Assembly (NCBI GenBank): GCA_051362555.1
Contig: CM120640.1
Span: 69,604,788-69,668,787, forward strand
Source of the DNA: Lingula anatina
Lineage: Eukaryota; Animalia; Brachiopoda
Direction: 5' to 3'
Length of the DNA: 64,000 bases
The first letter of the stretch is position 1. Every line of letters starts with the position of its first letter. The notes below the pieces were generated by a model, which saw nothing but the letters and a program-made list of their open reading frames with translations, did not search any database and had not been told where the DNA came from. The position numbers and the translations under genes were made by a program. Positions 24,582-37,797 of the stretch are shown here, piece by piece.

Positions 24582-26716
24582 CCTCCAAATTTGACGGGAG
24601 GGGGGTCCCTATCTTCTCTGGCAATGTTTATGATGGTATACGATGTACTATTACAGAATTTCTTTGTTCAACCTCAATACCGTGATGGAGTTTTATTTCC
24701 GTGTGATGTTTTACATAAAGTTATCTTTTGCTGCGCGTCTCGTGACGAGGTCCTCGTGAGTAGTGCAAGTGTGTTCGTCAACGGGAAAATTCACCTTTAT
24801 CTGTCATTTCCAATGGGGCTCGGGCAGATAACGATACTGTTATCGTTACTTTCTATACATAAACAGGGCAAGATATATCTGGTGCCTATCTTGGGTGCCA
24901 CTTCAGTCTAGGAGAATTAAATGAAAACATAGAGATAAACTCAAAATTCTACGTGTAAAAAAAAAAAAAACAGTCAGATAGATAGGGTCTACCCAGACTG
25001 CCACTTAAATACCTTTTCTTCACTTGAAGTCAAGTCAAAATGGGCCATTTTAACTTCCATTATCTGACAGTGTAAGTAAACAACAAATATGTTACAAATA
25101 GATAACGTAATCTGAAAGATTAAAATGACATCATGCTTTTGTTATCAAAAAAAAAAAAAAAAAAAAAGCAGCCTAACTTTTTTTTAGATTAACAATTTGC
25201 CTGATTTTTGGTCGAATAAGGAGGCAAATTCTGGAGTACAAGTTGAAATTTTCTAGGCCTGTACCGGTATATCATATAAAGCTATCTATATCTATCTTTC
25301 CAATCCAGACTTTAAACAAGATAAACCCCCTGTAGGACCACATTTTGCAACCGGTTGCAAAATGCGGTCGGTTGCAAAATGCGGCTCTACGCCCCTTTAA
25401 TAAATGTACATTATGTCGAAATTTCCTTCTGGAATGTTCTGTAAGACACTGTGGTATAAATTACGGTCTAGTCATTGAAATTTAAATTTAGAACTAAATT
25501 ATTTAATTCGAAAAGGTATAAACTTTCTTTTTATTCGAATATTCGGCTTAGCTGGAAAATCCTGGATATTATACTTAAAAAAATCTTTTTCATCTGTATC
25601 ATCAGTTGTTTATTGTAACGAGGGTCTGCACAAGCTTGATTTGCATACAAATAATTGACTTTATCAGGCGGCAGGTCGACAGGTGATGTGCCGAAATGAT
25701 TTGCCTGCTCTGTTGTCATACTGACCGATTGTGGGTGAACCGAGGCATAGGTAGCGCACTCTACCGAATCCAGACATTCTAGATATTTCCAGACACTCAA
25801 GGGTTCGTGAAACCCAGAACCCATTTTATTATCTTTAAAAGCATAAATTCTACACAGTGTTGGTTTCAATTAATTTTAAAATATCAAAGAACTTTTCATA
25901 ATTACCGAATTAACTTGGTTCATGAAGAAATCACATTACGAAATAAACAGCTACCAAAGTCCATCCGTTATCAAATTAATGTTTATTCACGGTTCCGTTA
26001 CAAGCGGGAGATCACAGTACTTGATGACATGTAAAAAATCCAAACTAGTGCGAAAAACTTTGCTATATATTGTATTAATAGAATGACTGACTTTTCATGG
26101 ATTCAGACATTATATCCCTTTGATCTATACACTCTCGGGTGTTACCTTCATTGGTCAATGAAGCTTAAAACCACATGAAACGAATTTAGTCTACCACCAA
26201 AATAACCGATTCATTAATTGGTGGTTTAATCCTTATCTAATTGACTGTATGGCCATTAGCTGATTGTATATACAACGATTTTATGAAATTCGTGTAAAAT
26301 ACTAAATTGATCAAGTTATGTACAGCGGTGCCCTGGATTTGTACAGAGTATATCTATATGTACAACTCTGCGAACAGTTTATACATCTGTTTATTTCCAT
26401 ACAGATTAATTTGGGTAAATACACTCAAGTACGCTTTCAGAATTGGAGTGATGCTTTCATATTATAAATTACTAATTATACTGACTTCAGTCTAGTTCCT
26501 AGTCACATATACACATAGCCACCATACAAAGTACAGTTACAGTTTTAAATACATTAAGTTCTGATCACCTCATGCCATTCATAAAGGCGTCTTTGAAAAA
26601 AAAACAGTTTTTCCAGGCGTGTGATTTTACGCCCTTTAATTTGCAAGACGACATGATTCTCTACTGGAAGTTTTCGAAAGTAGAGTTTTAGACATTTTCT
26701 CATTTGTGTAGCAAGT

Positions 26717-29700
26717 TTACCATGAATCTGCAGTTGCGCGTTGGTAGACAGCACGTTTTGGTAGGTTACCTTGGTGATAGCCCATAAACCACGGGTCGTC
26801 ACGCTCAGGGATATCCAAGTGCAGAGATGAAGAAGAAACGGCCATTTTCTGCTTGTTTAAAGGAGTCACAGGGGATGTGGTATGCCTCATGCGCAGCGTT
26901 TCTCGGGACTCGCTGCGGTTGGAGTCTTGTACAGTTAATTGTCTGTTGCAGATCTTTGCAACCAGACACGCACATATGCCGAAGATCAGTTCAAAGAACT
27001 CGCAAACAGTGCAGCAGGACACCCCGATGTAAAAGCCGGCAAGTCCTCCGATACTGCCGATCAAAGTTTCAGTCTAAAACATGAAAATGTACCCATATTT
27101 ACCATACTTTGATGTTACATTAGACAATTTGTATGCAAATTAAAGCATTTGTATATGTTTCTTTCATGTCACCAGAGCAGAAAGTCACCAAGATTTATAT
27201 ATGCGCAATGAGTACCTGTTCATTCCCGGTGTCTTGACTAAGAGTCTCAATAAAATACTAAATGCCGGATAGAATGCAATACCAGTTTTGAGTATGCTCA
27301 CTTAGTTGTTTTAGCTTAACAGAAACTGCTTTTGATACTTACAGTTATGGCAGGAACCTCTTGCACGAGTTCATAATTAAGCTGCTGAAAGTAGATGTCC
27401 AACTTCAGAAGATTCTGACTGAAATGGAGGAATAAAAATGATACACTTTGGGACATGTTCCGTAACACAGAGAATTTTGTATCATATAATATAAAAAACG
27501 TTTAATGTATTACCCTCGTTGCACTGTAAAGGGGCATCAAATATGACAATATCAATTATCCGGAAATTTGAAAAACTATGTGTCCCTGAAGACAATGATG
27601 CTATTTATACACTGAATTTGGCAATCTTTTTTCAAAATTTGGTTTCAGATGCTAGGAAAACCGAAATATATGCTCTAATTGAAATGTTTAAGTATGGTTT
27701 TGGATAACAGTAGTTCCATCGATCTCTGTTCTGATCGCTAACTTCATCAACATCTATAGTGTAGGGTCTACGTTACTCCCTACCGAAGTTCGATCTGAAA
27801 TACCACTCGTCAGTGAGGCACGCGAGAGGGAATTTAACAACAGGAGTCTGAACTTTTTGCAGACCTTTATTTTTCTCTCGTCTCTACGTCACCTCAAATA
27901 CTTACTAGGTTAAGCCCCATTGTTATTACTTTACAATTATGACTTCCCACCAGGTTATATGATAAGTATAAGGTACTAACAATGAACTTTAACACCAAAA
28001 TTCAAACTTTTTTCTCCTTACGTCATGTCCGTCTTCTCCATGGTGCTATAGCGGCCATCTTTAGTACTCAGTTTGCTGACCATGTTCTGTGACTAGAATT
28101 CAATAAGTAGTTAGTTAGATAGATGAAGTCTACTAGTCAAAATACTAACTGGAAGATGTGGTCACTAAAAAAAAGCGTTTTGAGAAAAAAACATGATCAT
28201 GGCATTAAAACCCGGGATCCGCAGAAATATTCGTTCCCGTATTACCAGTGTTGTAAGACTAGTTGTGCTCCTCAAACAATTGCTATTTTCATTCCTAAAT
28301 CTTATGGGAAGATGGGCTCGGATTCAAGGACTACATCTATTATACATGAGTATAACGATCTAAGACAACGGACCCCAGAACGTTTGGAGATTGCTGTCCA
28401 TGATTAAATCTTTTTAGCTGTTGGCCTGCTTAAATGTCACTTACGTAATATTGCTCTGAAGGCCACGTTGATGACGAAATCGTCATTTCATAGGAAGTAT
28501 CACTGAAAAAGAAACAGGTAATTACGAATGTATAACACGTTGTCACTCACTTTAAGATATCGACGCCATGAGTGAGTTACGCAATAATTTTGGTTTACCT
28601 CACAGTAGTTAATATATATTTGTACCATTTTACAAAAACAGCACTTAAACACTGGAGAGATGAGCATAAATCAGACAGAGAGGAAGCTACCACATGGAAG
28701 TTGGTCATACTTGCACGCCTGGGGACAGATACAGGTGTCCTCTGAATTCATGATATTTCCAACACACTCTTCTGGAAAACAAACACGTATACAGAGTAAT
28801 TAATGTTCATGCATTCACACAAATACACATACACACACACACACACATGCAATAAGATATCATTCTTAGCGTTAAATTTTATTATTAATTTCATACCATT
28901 ATATCATATATATTATATTATTAATAAAAGAGGGTGATAGGCGCATAGGGTATTTTGTGATCATTTGTCTTTCTGCTAGCTTTTTACTTATTTTTCATTA
29001 TGCCCCTCCCTCTCTTTTTTTTTCTCTCTCTGAATTTACCTTGTGTTTTATTATTCGCCATGTCGCATACGGAAATATTTTTTGCAGGAAAAGCCAGAAA
29101 TGCTGCTACACAGCGGCATATTTCCATGATACGATACTGCTGACAAGACTTCACACACGCCTGATAGGAATAAAGTATTGTCATTAGTATTGCAATACAT
29201 TTGGTATACTTTGTTATTAACGTCATACAAAGCTGGTTAAGAAATATTAAACTACACCCACTGTCAACATTTTAGATGTAGAAAATAGAGAGTGCACATA
29301 TGATTATAACAACGAAAGATATTAGCATAAGCAAACTTATTTTTGGGCGGGGAAGAGACGGGGAGGGGGGGGGGTACAGCTGTAACAGTCGCTCGTCACT
29401 CATTGAATGCGCAGAATGTTTTAATATACTTAATTGAACCAAGGCCAAATGTCGACGCCTTTCAAGATATTATTGATGTTCACGAGCGGTTAATAGTGTT
29501 ATCTGCTAATGGACAATTAGGTCTCCGCTATCAATAATATATATCCGTGCAAGCAAAAGTTTAATGCACTTGTTGTGATCACAGATCTAGGCACGAATTC
29601 TGATTCTATTCCGTGAGAAACATACGATCGACTTGCACACATATATGTGATCTTCCTTTTTAAAGGATTAATGTACAACCCTCTAAATTGCTATGTTTTG

Positions 29701-29960
29701 TTTACCTGAACTGAATATTGATTTTCTTCGGTCACATTTCTGTAGAGCGTTGTCAAGCCATTGGTACAGTTACTGATATAGGGGTGGGTCAGTCGGGACG
29801 TCGACACCTGGAATCAGTGAGAAAATGAAACCATATCAACGTACAATAGATTTTAAAATCGAAAGTCACAAATCAAAAAGTAGGCCTACTCAAGTCCTTT
29901 AAGCACATGGATCTTGTTTTGAACTTTATGTGACACATGTGAATTTCCATGCTTAGCACA

Positions 29961-30014
<54 letters not shown>

Positions 30015-30773
30015 GAGAGAGAGGGAGAGAGAGAGAGACTTACCAATTTGAGTCCCACTGAAGTTGCAAAACCTGGTGATACTGTAAAACCCTCGTCTTC
30101 AGGAAACGCTATGTTGCCTTGACTGTGGACTAAAACGCGCACCCCTGCCTCATTGGAGAGACCCCCCAAGTACTGTTCCTGTTCCACGTCCAGCTGCAGG
30201 CTAAGCCCTGTAGAACATTTTATAGAACGTTTCTTTATGCTGAGTATGTTGTGACATCGATACAGACACACATCTTGAAAATTAAGATTGTGTTTATACC
30301 GATAAATTCTGTTTGTGGTGCATAATTTAGAAAGGATGATGGTTTTTGATGAATAATGTTTCTAATGATATTCCAGTATTCATATCTTATTTTATCTTGT
30401 TTATTGTTTTTAAAGCTTTTAAAGAAAAAAAAACACTAAGTTGCACTGTCGATCTTATTAATCAGTTTGAACTGCATAGGTAAACTAGAAACTCTTTTTA
30501 TAACAATTTTTCATTTAGCCGTTGTGAAAGAGAGATACACTGTAACTACTATTATGAAAACAGCGCTTTTATTGTTAATGCCCTAAAATTGGGAAACCAA
30601 CTTTTATATTAGGACTAGCAGTTTTAAAGTCTCTCCAAAATCTCAGCTTTTCAAAAAAAATTTTATGATTAAAATGTTTTAAAACTTTTAAAGTATGTGT
30701 TTTAGTGCTGTAATTCTTAAGAATCTTAATTATTGTAAAGTGCATTGGGATGTATGAAAGTGGAATGCGCTAT

Positions 30774-30815
<42 letters not shown>

Positions 30816-32494
30816 ATTATTATTATTATTATTATTATCATAATAACTATTATATATTTTTTCATAATTATTATATACCATGCAATAAAGAGATGAAGTA
30901 CCTTACCAAACAGTGGGCCCGGTCGATAGGACGTCAAATAGCTGCCGTCTACTTTGACCGAATTAAAGGTGTAGCAACTTCCGTACTTGTAATTAAAGGA
31001 TTTGGTAAAATTCCTAAAAAAGAGAGAGAGAAATTTTCACAATTTCACTGCGGTTTTCGTTACCTGTTTCTGTTATTTCTGTAAAAATCAATTTCCGTCT
31101 TTGCATTAATTTTCTTTGACTCGACATAGCACATTTTACAATTCTTTATCTAATGACATGTCCTTAAAAAGGAGTTTCACCAGAAAAGTAATAGACTAAT
31201 TTTTTTCATCATGGGTGATTTGCATTCTTACGTACATAAAATACATATAAAATAATTAATATTATTGCTATTCAAAGGAAAAGCGCGCCAATTTTCTGTA
31301 GGTATCGATTTCTTGAAATACTGCTATAAACATTTCCGTCCGAAAAACTTGGTAAACGTGTCAATGTTTGTACAAAAATGACGATATCCTCTTATAAGTC
31401 TAAGCTCTGGGATAAAAAGACAGGTCATTTGGTGCGCAAAGTAAACTGTTAATTGAGCAGCTTGTTTACATATTTACCTCTCATAAAGGAGTATCTATAT
31501 CTATATCTATATTAAATTGAAGCACAAGTTTCAGACAAGGTTATTGAACGTGTTCAAGTAATAACATTCCCAACACAAATATGAAAAACAGATGATTTAA
31601 TCGAAAAACTATCATTTATAGAATAAAAAATATCTCGTAGGTCAAATTTCCATTCACTCGAAAAATTGATGGCTATACTTACGATGGTGAACAGCTGCTC
31701 CCACCGTAGGTACACGAGACAAGCATGTGTTTTAAGTCATGTCCAAAATATGCCCTATCTTGGTCATCCATCTTGCTGTATAGCTGTTCGAACAACTCGC
31801 TGGTTTTCATATCGTTTGGTTTGTCCTTAAAATAATTGCCTGTCCCCTCCCTGGCATCCCAGTATTGGCTGAGACTATTGGAATTAGAACTTTCTGTCGT
31901 ATACAGTGTATCTGTAGTTTGAGATGGACTCGTTGATATTGATGAAGAAGGAGAAGACAGTGTCGATGATGATGAGGGCGATGAAGCAGAACCATTAGAA
32001 CGGGAACCCAAGTGCGACAGCAGGCTTCTCTTTCTCCGAAGAGGTGGCGGTGGAGACAACAGGTCTTCTTGGATCTCATCCATCTGTGAAAGAATTCCCT
32101 GAGCTTCTTGTACGAACTCTTCTGGTACAAGTTGTTCTGGCCATCTACTGTCGGTTAGTGATGTCACAATTGAACTAACGTTTCCACTTTCAAGTTTCTC
32201 TCTGATTTTATTCAGCCTAATTGGATTCAAGTTACATATTGTGACTGCTGGAAACGTAACCTTTTTCCCAAACTCTCGACGAATGTCCACATTGTGGGGG
32301 TATTTAAAGAAAGCATCCAGTAGAAGATAGGACTGAGTTGTAAACCCTGCCAGACTTCCCAGGAAGATCAGACTCCAGATGACTTTCCTAGGGACGCTTG
32401 TGGCACGGTGCGCATTGGGGAGGCCGTGCGCTGAAGTGTTCTCTAAAAACTCGCAACTGACTTCACGCACCTTTTTTGCAGTTTTCATCTTCAT
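26717..32494 (-). CDS. DEG/ENaC (amiloride-sensitive sodium channel family) subunit; 10 exons: 32494-31683, 31013-30907, 30207-30044, 29807-29706, 29160-29040, 28771-28711, 28502-28445, 28092-28022, 27418-27343, 27073-26717
   Basis: Pre-TM1 NTSAHG, FPAVTICNLN, YGSCYTFN, GPLFGLSLQLDVEQ..Y, GVRVLVH, a Cys-rich thumb, SSTWPS, LKLDIYFQQLNYE and TM2 LIGSIGGLAGFYIGVSCCTVCEF. All introns are GT-AG and in phase. Confidence 0.95.
29957..30038. repeat. Compound (CA)n(GA)n microsatellite next to a DEG/ENaC splice donor
   Basis: Directly visible. Confidence 0.95.
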
Positions 32495-35400
32495 CAATTT
32501 TTTGTGTCGGTTGCCTACATGAACATGTACATGTGTGTCAAAAATGATATCTGCTCCAATAAATTTTTAGCTAAAATGGTTCCCAAAAATATTAGCTACA
32601 AATCCCTGTTTTATATTTTTCTTCTAACTTATGAAAATAATCCTGTATATTTTCGGCTTGACACTGAGATTTCCAATAACTTGTGTTCAAGGTTTTCCTT
32701 CCACTGGCCTTTTATAGGGGTCATGCAAAACCATACCTGCTAGTGACGTCATGAGTTACAACATGTTGTTTTGATTGCGCGCTGTTTATGGTAGCAGCAC
32801 GCAGAAATCGATCAAACTTACTCTGTCGCGAGTGGCTGACCCTAGTTTCATATTCTGATACACAGAACCATTTACATCGACTCTGAGCAATGTACATGTA
32901 TGCGAAATGGATATTATGCATTATAGAGCAGACTGGAATAAAACAATCTATTGTTGCTTATGATTTTTTTTTTTTTTTGTTTTATCTCTACGTGAGTTTA
33001 TCCCCCAAAACTCCTAGTGCAAATAGTTACGCTATTGTTTGTGCCATGTTTTGATTCTTTACACTACATAATGCGGCTCCCCATTACCACCTAAAATTAT
33101 GTTTTTAAGTTCCAGATGACTTGGTCAATTACCAATTGCAGCGATATGTCAAGTGGTACTTTTAGTGAAAAGATGTTCCTAAGCTTTTTAAAGAACCTGG
33201 ACAATTTTCAGTAAATTTTTTCTGGTATAGAGTGATGTGGTTAGGCTTTGTATCACTTATATTTTGAATTCTATCAATCTTAAATCAATTCAAAAAGTAT
33301 TCCTATAAAAATCAACCTATAAAAATTAACCTATAAGAATTAGAAAATACATCATTTTGGACATTGTCACCATCTCCATTTTATTTCATGCAGTTGACAA
33401 ATGAAGCGTATTTTGATTTTATTTCCAAGATGAATCTCTGTAGCTCTGGCGTCATCACCAGGCAACATCCTAACATATTTGTCTCGTGCCGATGACACAC
33501 CTATACATCTATCACGTTATAATCTGACCAATAGTCAATATGGAAAGATTAGTATCCTTAATCTCCTCCTCACACCTTGGAAATGTTCATGTTTTTTTCC
33601 AAATATTCCTCTGAATGCCTTCGCTTTCTCTTTCAAAAAATCGATTGGTATGTCTATATTGCTCCACTTTTCAAATAGATATCGAATTGTGCCAGTCCTT
33701 TTCGGGCTAAAGTAATTTCTGCCAATTGTTGTTTGTGCATGCAAGATTCCATCTGAAAGTCATGCTTTTGAATCAGGAGCACTTTAATTATATGGAAAAT
33801 ATCGAAACCATGCTCTGAAAGACATTTCGTATTTTAAAAACAACTCTCGGTTGCACCTTCACTCAGGGTTATTTGGTGGACGTATTGAAAAACAAAACCA
33901 TATGGATCATTTACTTTGCATTAAGTCTGGCGGGGGATAAATGTAAACGCTTATTAAAAGCGGATACATTAGATGTATTTGCTTTTAGTCATTTCTTTCA
34001 ATGATTTTCTGTCATGCCTGCATGGTAGTAAAAAGCGTTTGTAACAGGTTAATCATATCAGACAGGTCATATCCAGATATCTATTTGAACTCCCTGGCAT
34101 ATTGGACGGAAGTGCTGAATCACTTTCAGCAACTCATTGAATATCAATATTTGACGACAGACGAAAACTATGCTAGGACACGAGTAATAAACACTTATAA
34201 ATATATATATATATATATATACATGAGTGTCGTGGAAAATAAGGACACGGGCACTAGGAACATGTTTGAGGGGAAACATCTTTGAGGAAAGTGACCAGCG
34301 GTACTGAGACAGAATAGACCCTCGTCTTCAGTACGGTGTAAATCACTCAAAAATTGTTGACAGTTGTGTTTTATATCATTTTATCCCCAGGAAAAAAATT
34401 CCAGAAAATAAAAGATGTCAATTTTGAGAGCGTCAGGGTTTTTATCTTCACAACACGATATCCAAAACTACTTTACACAGGGTTTTCCCATTTTCTGCGA
34501 AAATAAGAGAGAAACAAAGTTTGATCCGATTTATTTCGATGCTTTCTATCATTTTTAATAAAATGCCTTTACTGTAGATGAATCGTGACCGCCTTCGAAG
34601 AAAATATCTATCTTTCTAATTTAATTGAAGGGGTTTGTAATTTTAAAGATCTGAATTGGGGAGGATAAGTAGCTTTTCAAATTATTTTAACTGGAAAAAC
34701 ATGACGTTGGGACATTTTAATATACCTTTGATAAACATACTTTGACAAGAGAATGACTTGTCTGAACGTTATCCTTTGGACTGAATTTAGTGTTTAAATA
34801 CACCCCGCTAAAATTACTAGAGATATTAAGGGACCAATTTGTCTCATGGTACAGGGGGTGGGCAGATAGTGAGTCTCTTGAGAAATAATAATAATAATAA
34901 TAATAATGCTCAAATAATAATAATACAGGAAAGTGAGTCATTATTTGAGCAGTAACTATATCACGACTTCCTCTTGGCTTAGCGTATTATCTACGTGTAT
35001 TAACACTATGGTCTCCCTTCATTCTCTTTAGGGAAATCATCAACATTTAAACTGTAACTTCAATCAGTTGTGGCATTACCTAAATATCTTACAACTCCGT
35101 ATGGGGCTTGTCATCTTACTTATTCAGTATTCATGTATATATTTGCATTTGAAGGACTCTATTAGTAATCGTTAAAGACCGGTTGATCTGGCTCCGCTAC
35201 GCCCACTGGGGAAGCTGTAGTTGCCGGAATAAACTGATGGATGGTCTAAATTCTGTCTGCAAACTAATTCCACCGAGACCGTATGGACGTATGCACTGTG
35301 AAACAGTTTACTTCCGTCATATTACACAGTTGACGTCAAGTGTCAACGAGCATCTGGCGCGCTGCCAATTTCAGCTTTATTGCTCCCAAGGGTTCTTCAG

Positions 35401-36391
35401 TTAGAGTGGCAGGATCGGTCTTTTGGTTCCAACCAAGCATCAGGGTCTCAGTAAAATGTCACCTCGACCCTCCATGCTTGGACGCAATTTCTGTTGTCAT
35501 ATGAAGTAAACCTCTTCTATAGTCAGGTTCTATCTATCATTGTCCATATAAATCAGTTTATTATTAATTTACCCATTATGCAACGCAACTGCACATTGAA
35601 GTCCTCGTGCATGAATTCGGTCAATTTAAGGCATGGCAATATTAGATAACAGGGACGCTATCATTAGTGAGATGACGCTAAAAGCCTAACGTTCCTTGGA
35701 GGCTGGCTGCCATTTTTCCTTTCTGCTTTTGAATATTGTTATTAAATTTATGTGACCGTACTTTCATTTCGCGTTCATGTTACATTGTTTAAACCATGAA
35801 GGTAAAATTGTTTTTATAGGCATTACGTGAAAAGTAACAAAAACGTGATCGAAAAAATTGATTATGTATTTCGGGGGGAATTAATTCCCTCCTTGCCGCA
35901 TATAAAATAGTCTAGATGTAAAAAATATCAAACTTCGATGCAGCAATTTTCAATTGCTTATGTATCTTTCATTCGTTAAATGCTATATTTTGGTCTGCTT
36001 GGGCGTTTATTTCCTGCTTTTATTCATAAATACACTCCCTAATTTGAACTTCATCCGTAACCGTCTTCAGGCGTACAAGACAACATTATATAATTAAATA
36101 GTGCTCATGCCCCGCTCACAAAAACACCATGTTGCTACCCGTGATGTTTCAATGGGACCATTCAGATTGAGTGCTATTAAGGCCTCGATCTAAATATGGC
36201 GGACCTACATGAAAGGAAGACCGCTTAATCCTGTAAAGGTCTCTCTACCTCTCACACGCCCCCAAACTCGTCGTCCCTGTAGGGGCACAGTAATAAAATC
36301 TCGGCTCAATTCAAGTGATCGAGGGACAACGCGTCCTTCATTCTTTAAAGTCAGCCCTTATAAGATTTCGGACCATTTGCCAAATGATATA

Positions 36392-36515
36392 CAGGGTAAC
36401 ACCCCCCCCCCCCAAAAAAAAATAATAAAATAAAATAATAATAATAATAAATAAATAAATAAAATTTAAAAAAACCATAAAAAGTTATTAAATCCTACAA
36501 AAGTCCATCAAATTA

Positions 36516-36553
<38 letters not shown>

Positions 36554-36876
36554 CTGGACTTAAACTTCAGTATGTGCATGATCATTCCCCAAAGTTTTAG
36601 TTTTCTTCGTCGCTTTGCATTAAATTTTTTTTTTAATATGCTCCAAATGGCTTCCGAGACATTGGATGCACACTAGTATACGTCGCAAAAATTGTCAATT
36701 TTTCAAACACATTCCTCCTTCAGGATTTCCCTGATTTTTGTTGTGATTGCTCCCCGCAGTTCACCCTTCATTTGATGGTTGTTTTGGTAAAGTTTATCCT
36801 TGAAATCTCTTGAAATTTGGTGGACCTTTGTAGAATTTAATAAAATTTTATGGGTTCTTTTTTTTTGGTCACCCTG
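36392..36876. mobile_element. Tc1/mariner-like MITE
   Basis: Termini ta|cagggtaac and ggtcaccctg, with long imperfect inverted arms (ccataaaaagttattaaatcctacaaaagtccatcaaatt versus aatttggtggacctttgtagaatttaataaaattttatggg). Confidence 0.65.
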
Positions 36877-37797
36877 TTTTAGAAATACACTGATAAGTAT
36901 AAATACATCTGTGCAAGGTGCTGCAAATTGTGAATGAAATGTAACATGGCAAATGCACGTTCAGCGTTGCCAACCCAACCCCTGGCACCATAGAAAAGAA
37001 CCTATTCATTTTAACAATAAACAAACAGCGAACTTGGCTAAAACTTCAAGTTGACTGAAAAAAGTCTCTCCGTTTATGCGCGTGACATTTTATCACCTTT
37101 AACCTAACTCAGGCAGGTGTGACCAAACCTGTTCAACGACCTCTACACCGGCACAAACAGACCAGTCCTGGCATTTTTGGTGATTATAACTCGAAGGTAA
37201 ATGTTTACTCAAACTTTAATTCATTGCCCTTGCCCCAAAAGATACATGCAGAGACAACTGAAAAAATACAATTTTACCCACCCACAATCTAAAATGAACG
37301 TTTGTGACGTGTCCTAGGACATTTGCAAAACGGACCATTTTCCCAACATTTTACCAACATCTTCTCATCGACAACGGTTCTTGGTACTGGAACGGGTTCT
37401 TGTCTTACATGTACGCAGTAAGATATATCTCAGTGTCGTGCGTATATCTTAAACAAACCAATTCAAAATCAAATCAATTGCAAAACAGCTGAAATCCCTT
37501 CACTTTCCTGTAATTGCATTAAAATTCTGACATGTGAAAATCAAAAGCAATTTTAACTCAACGCTGTGTTTAAAAAAGTTGACACCATCAGCCGAACCAT
37601 AACATTACCAAGACATGAACACTGGCTGAAATGACAATACACACTGACATATATCTCACTGAACTTTTTTATTTTCGTCTGATAATTTGACTTTTCACAA
37701 TTTAGTAAATGCCCGATGAAATATATAGTTTCGTTTAAATTTTTTCTTCTAAAAGCTCATTTACGGAGACTACTCGATGTTGACCATCAGTATGTGA

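Noticed and set aside
33479-34285. Several 70-95 aa ORFs upstream of the DEG/ENaC gene
   Set aside because: No motifs and no consistent splice sites; compatible with chance ORFs or very old repeat debris.
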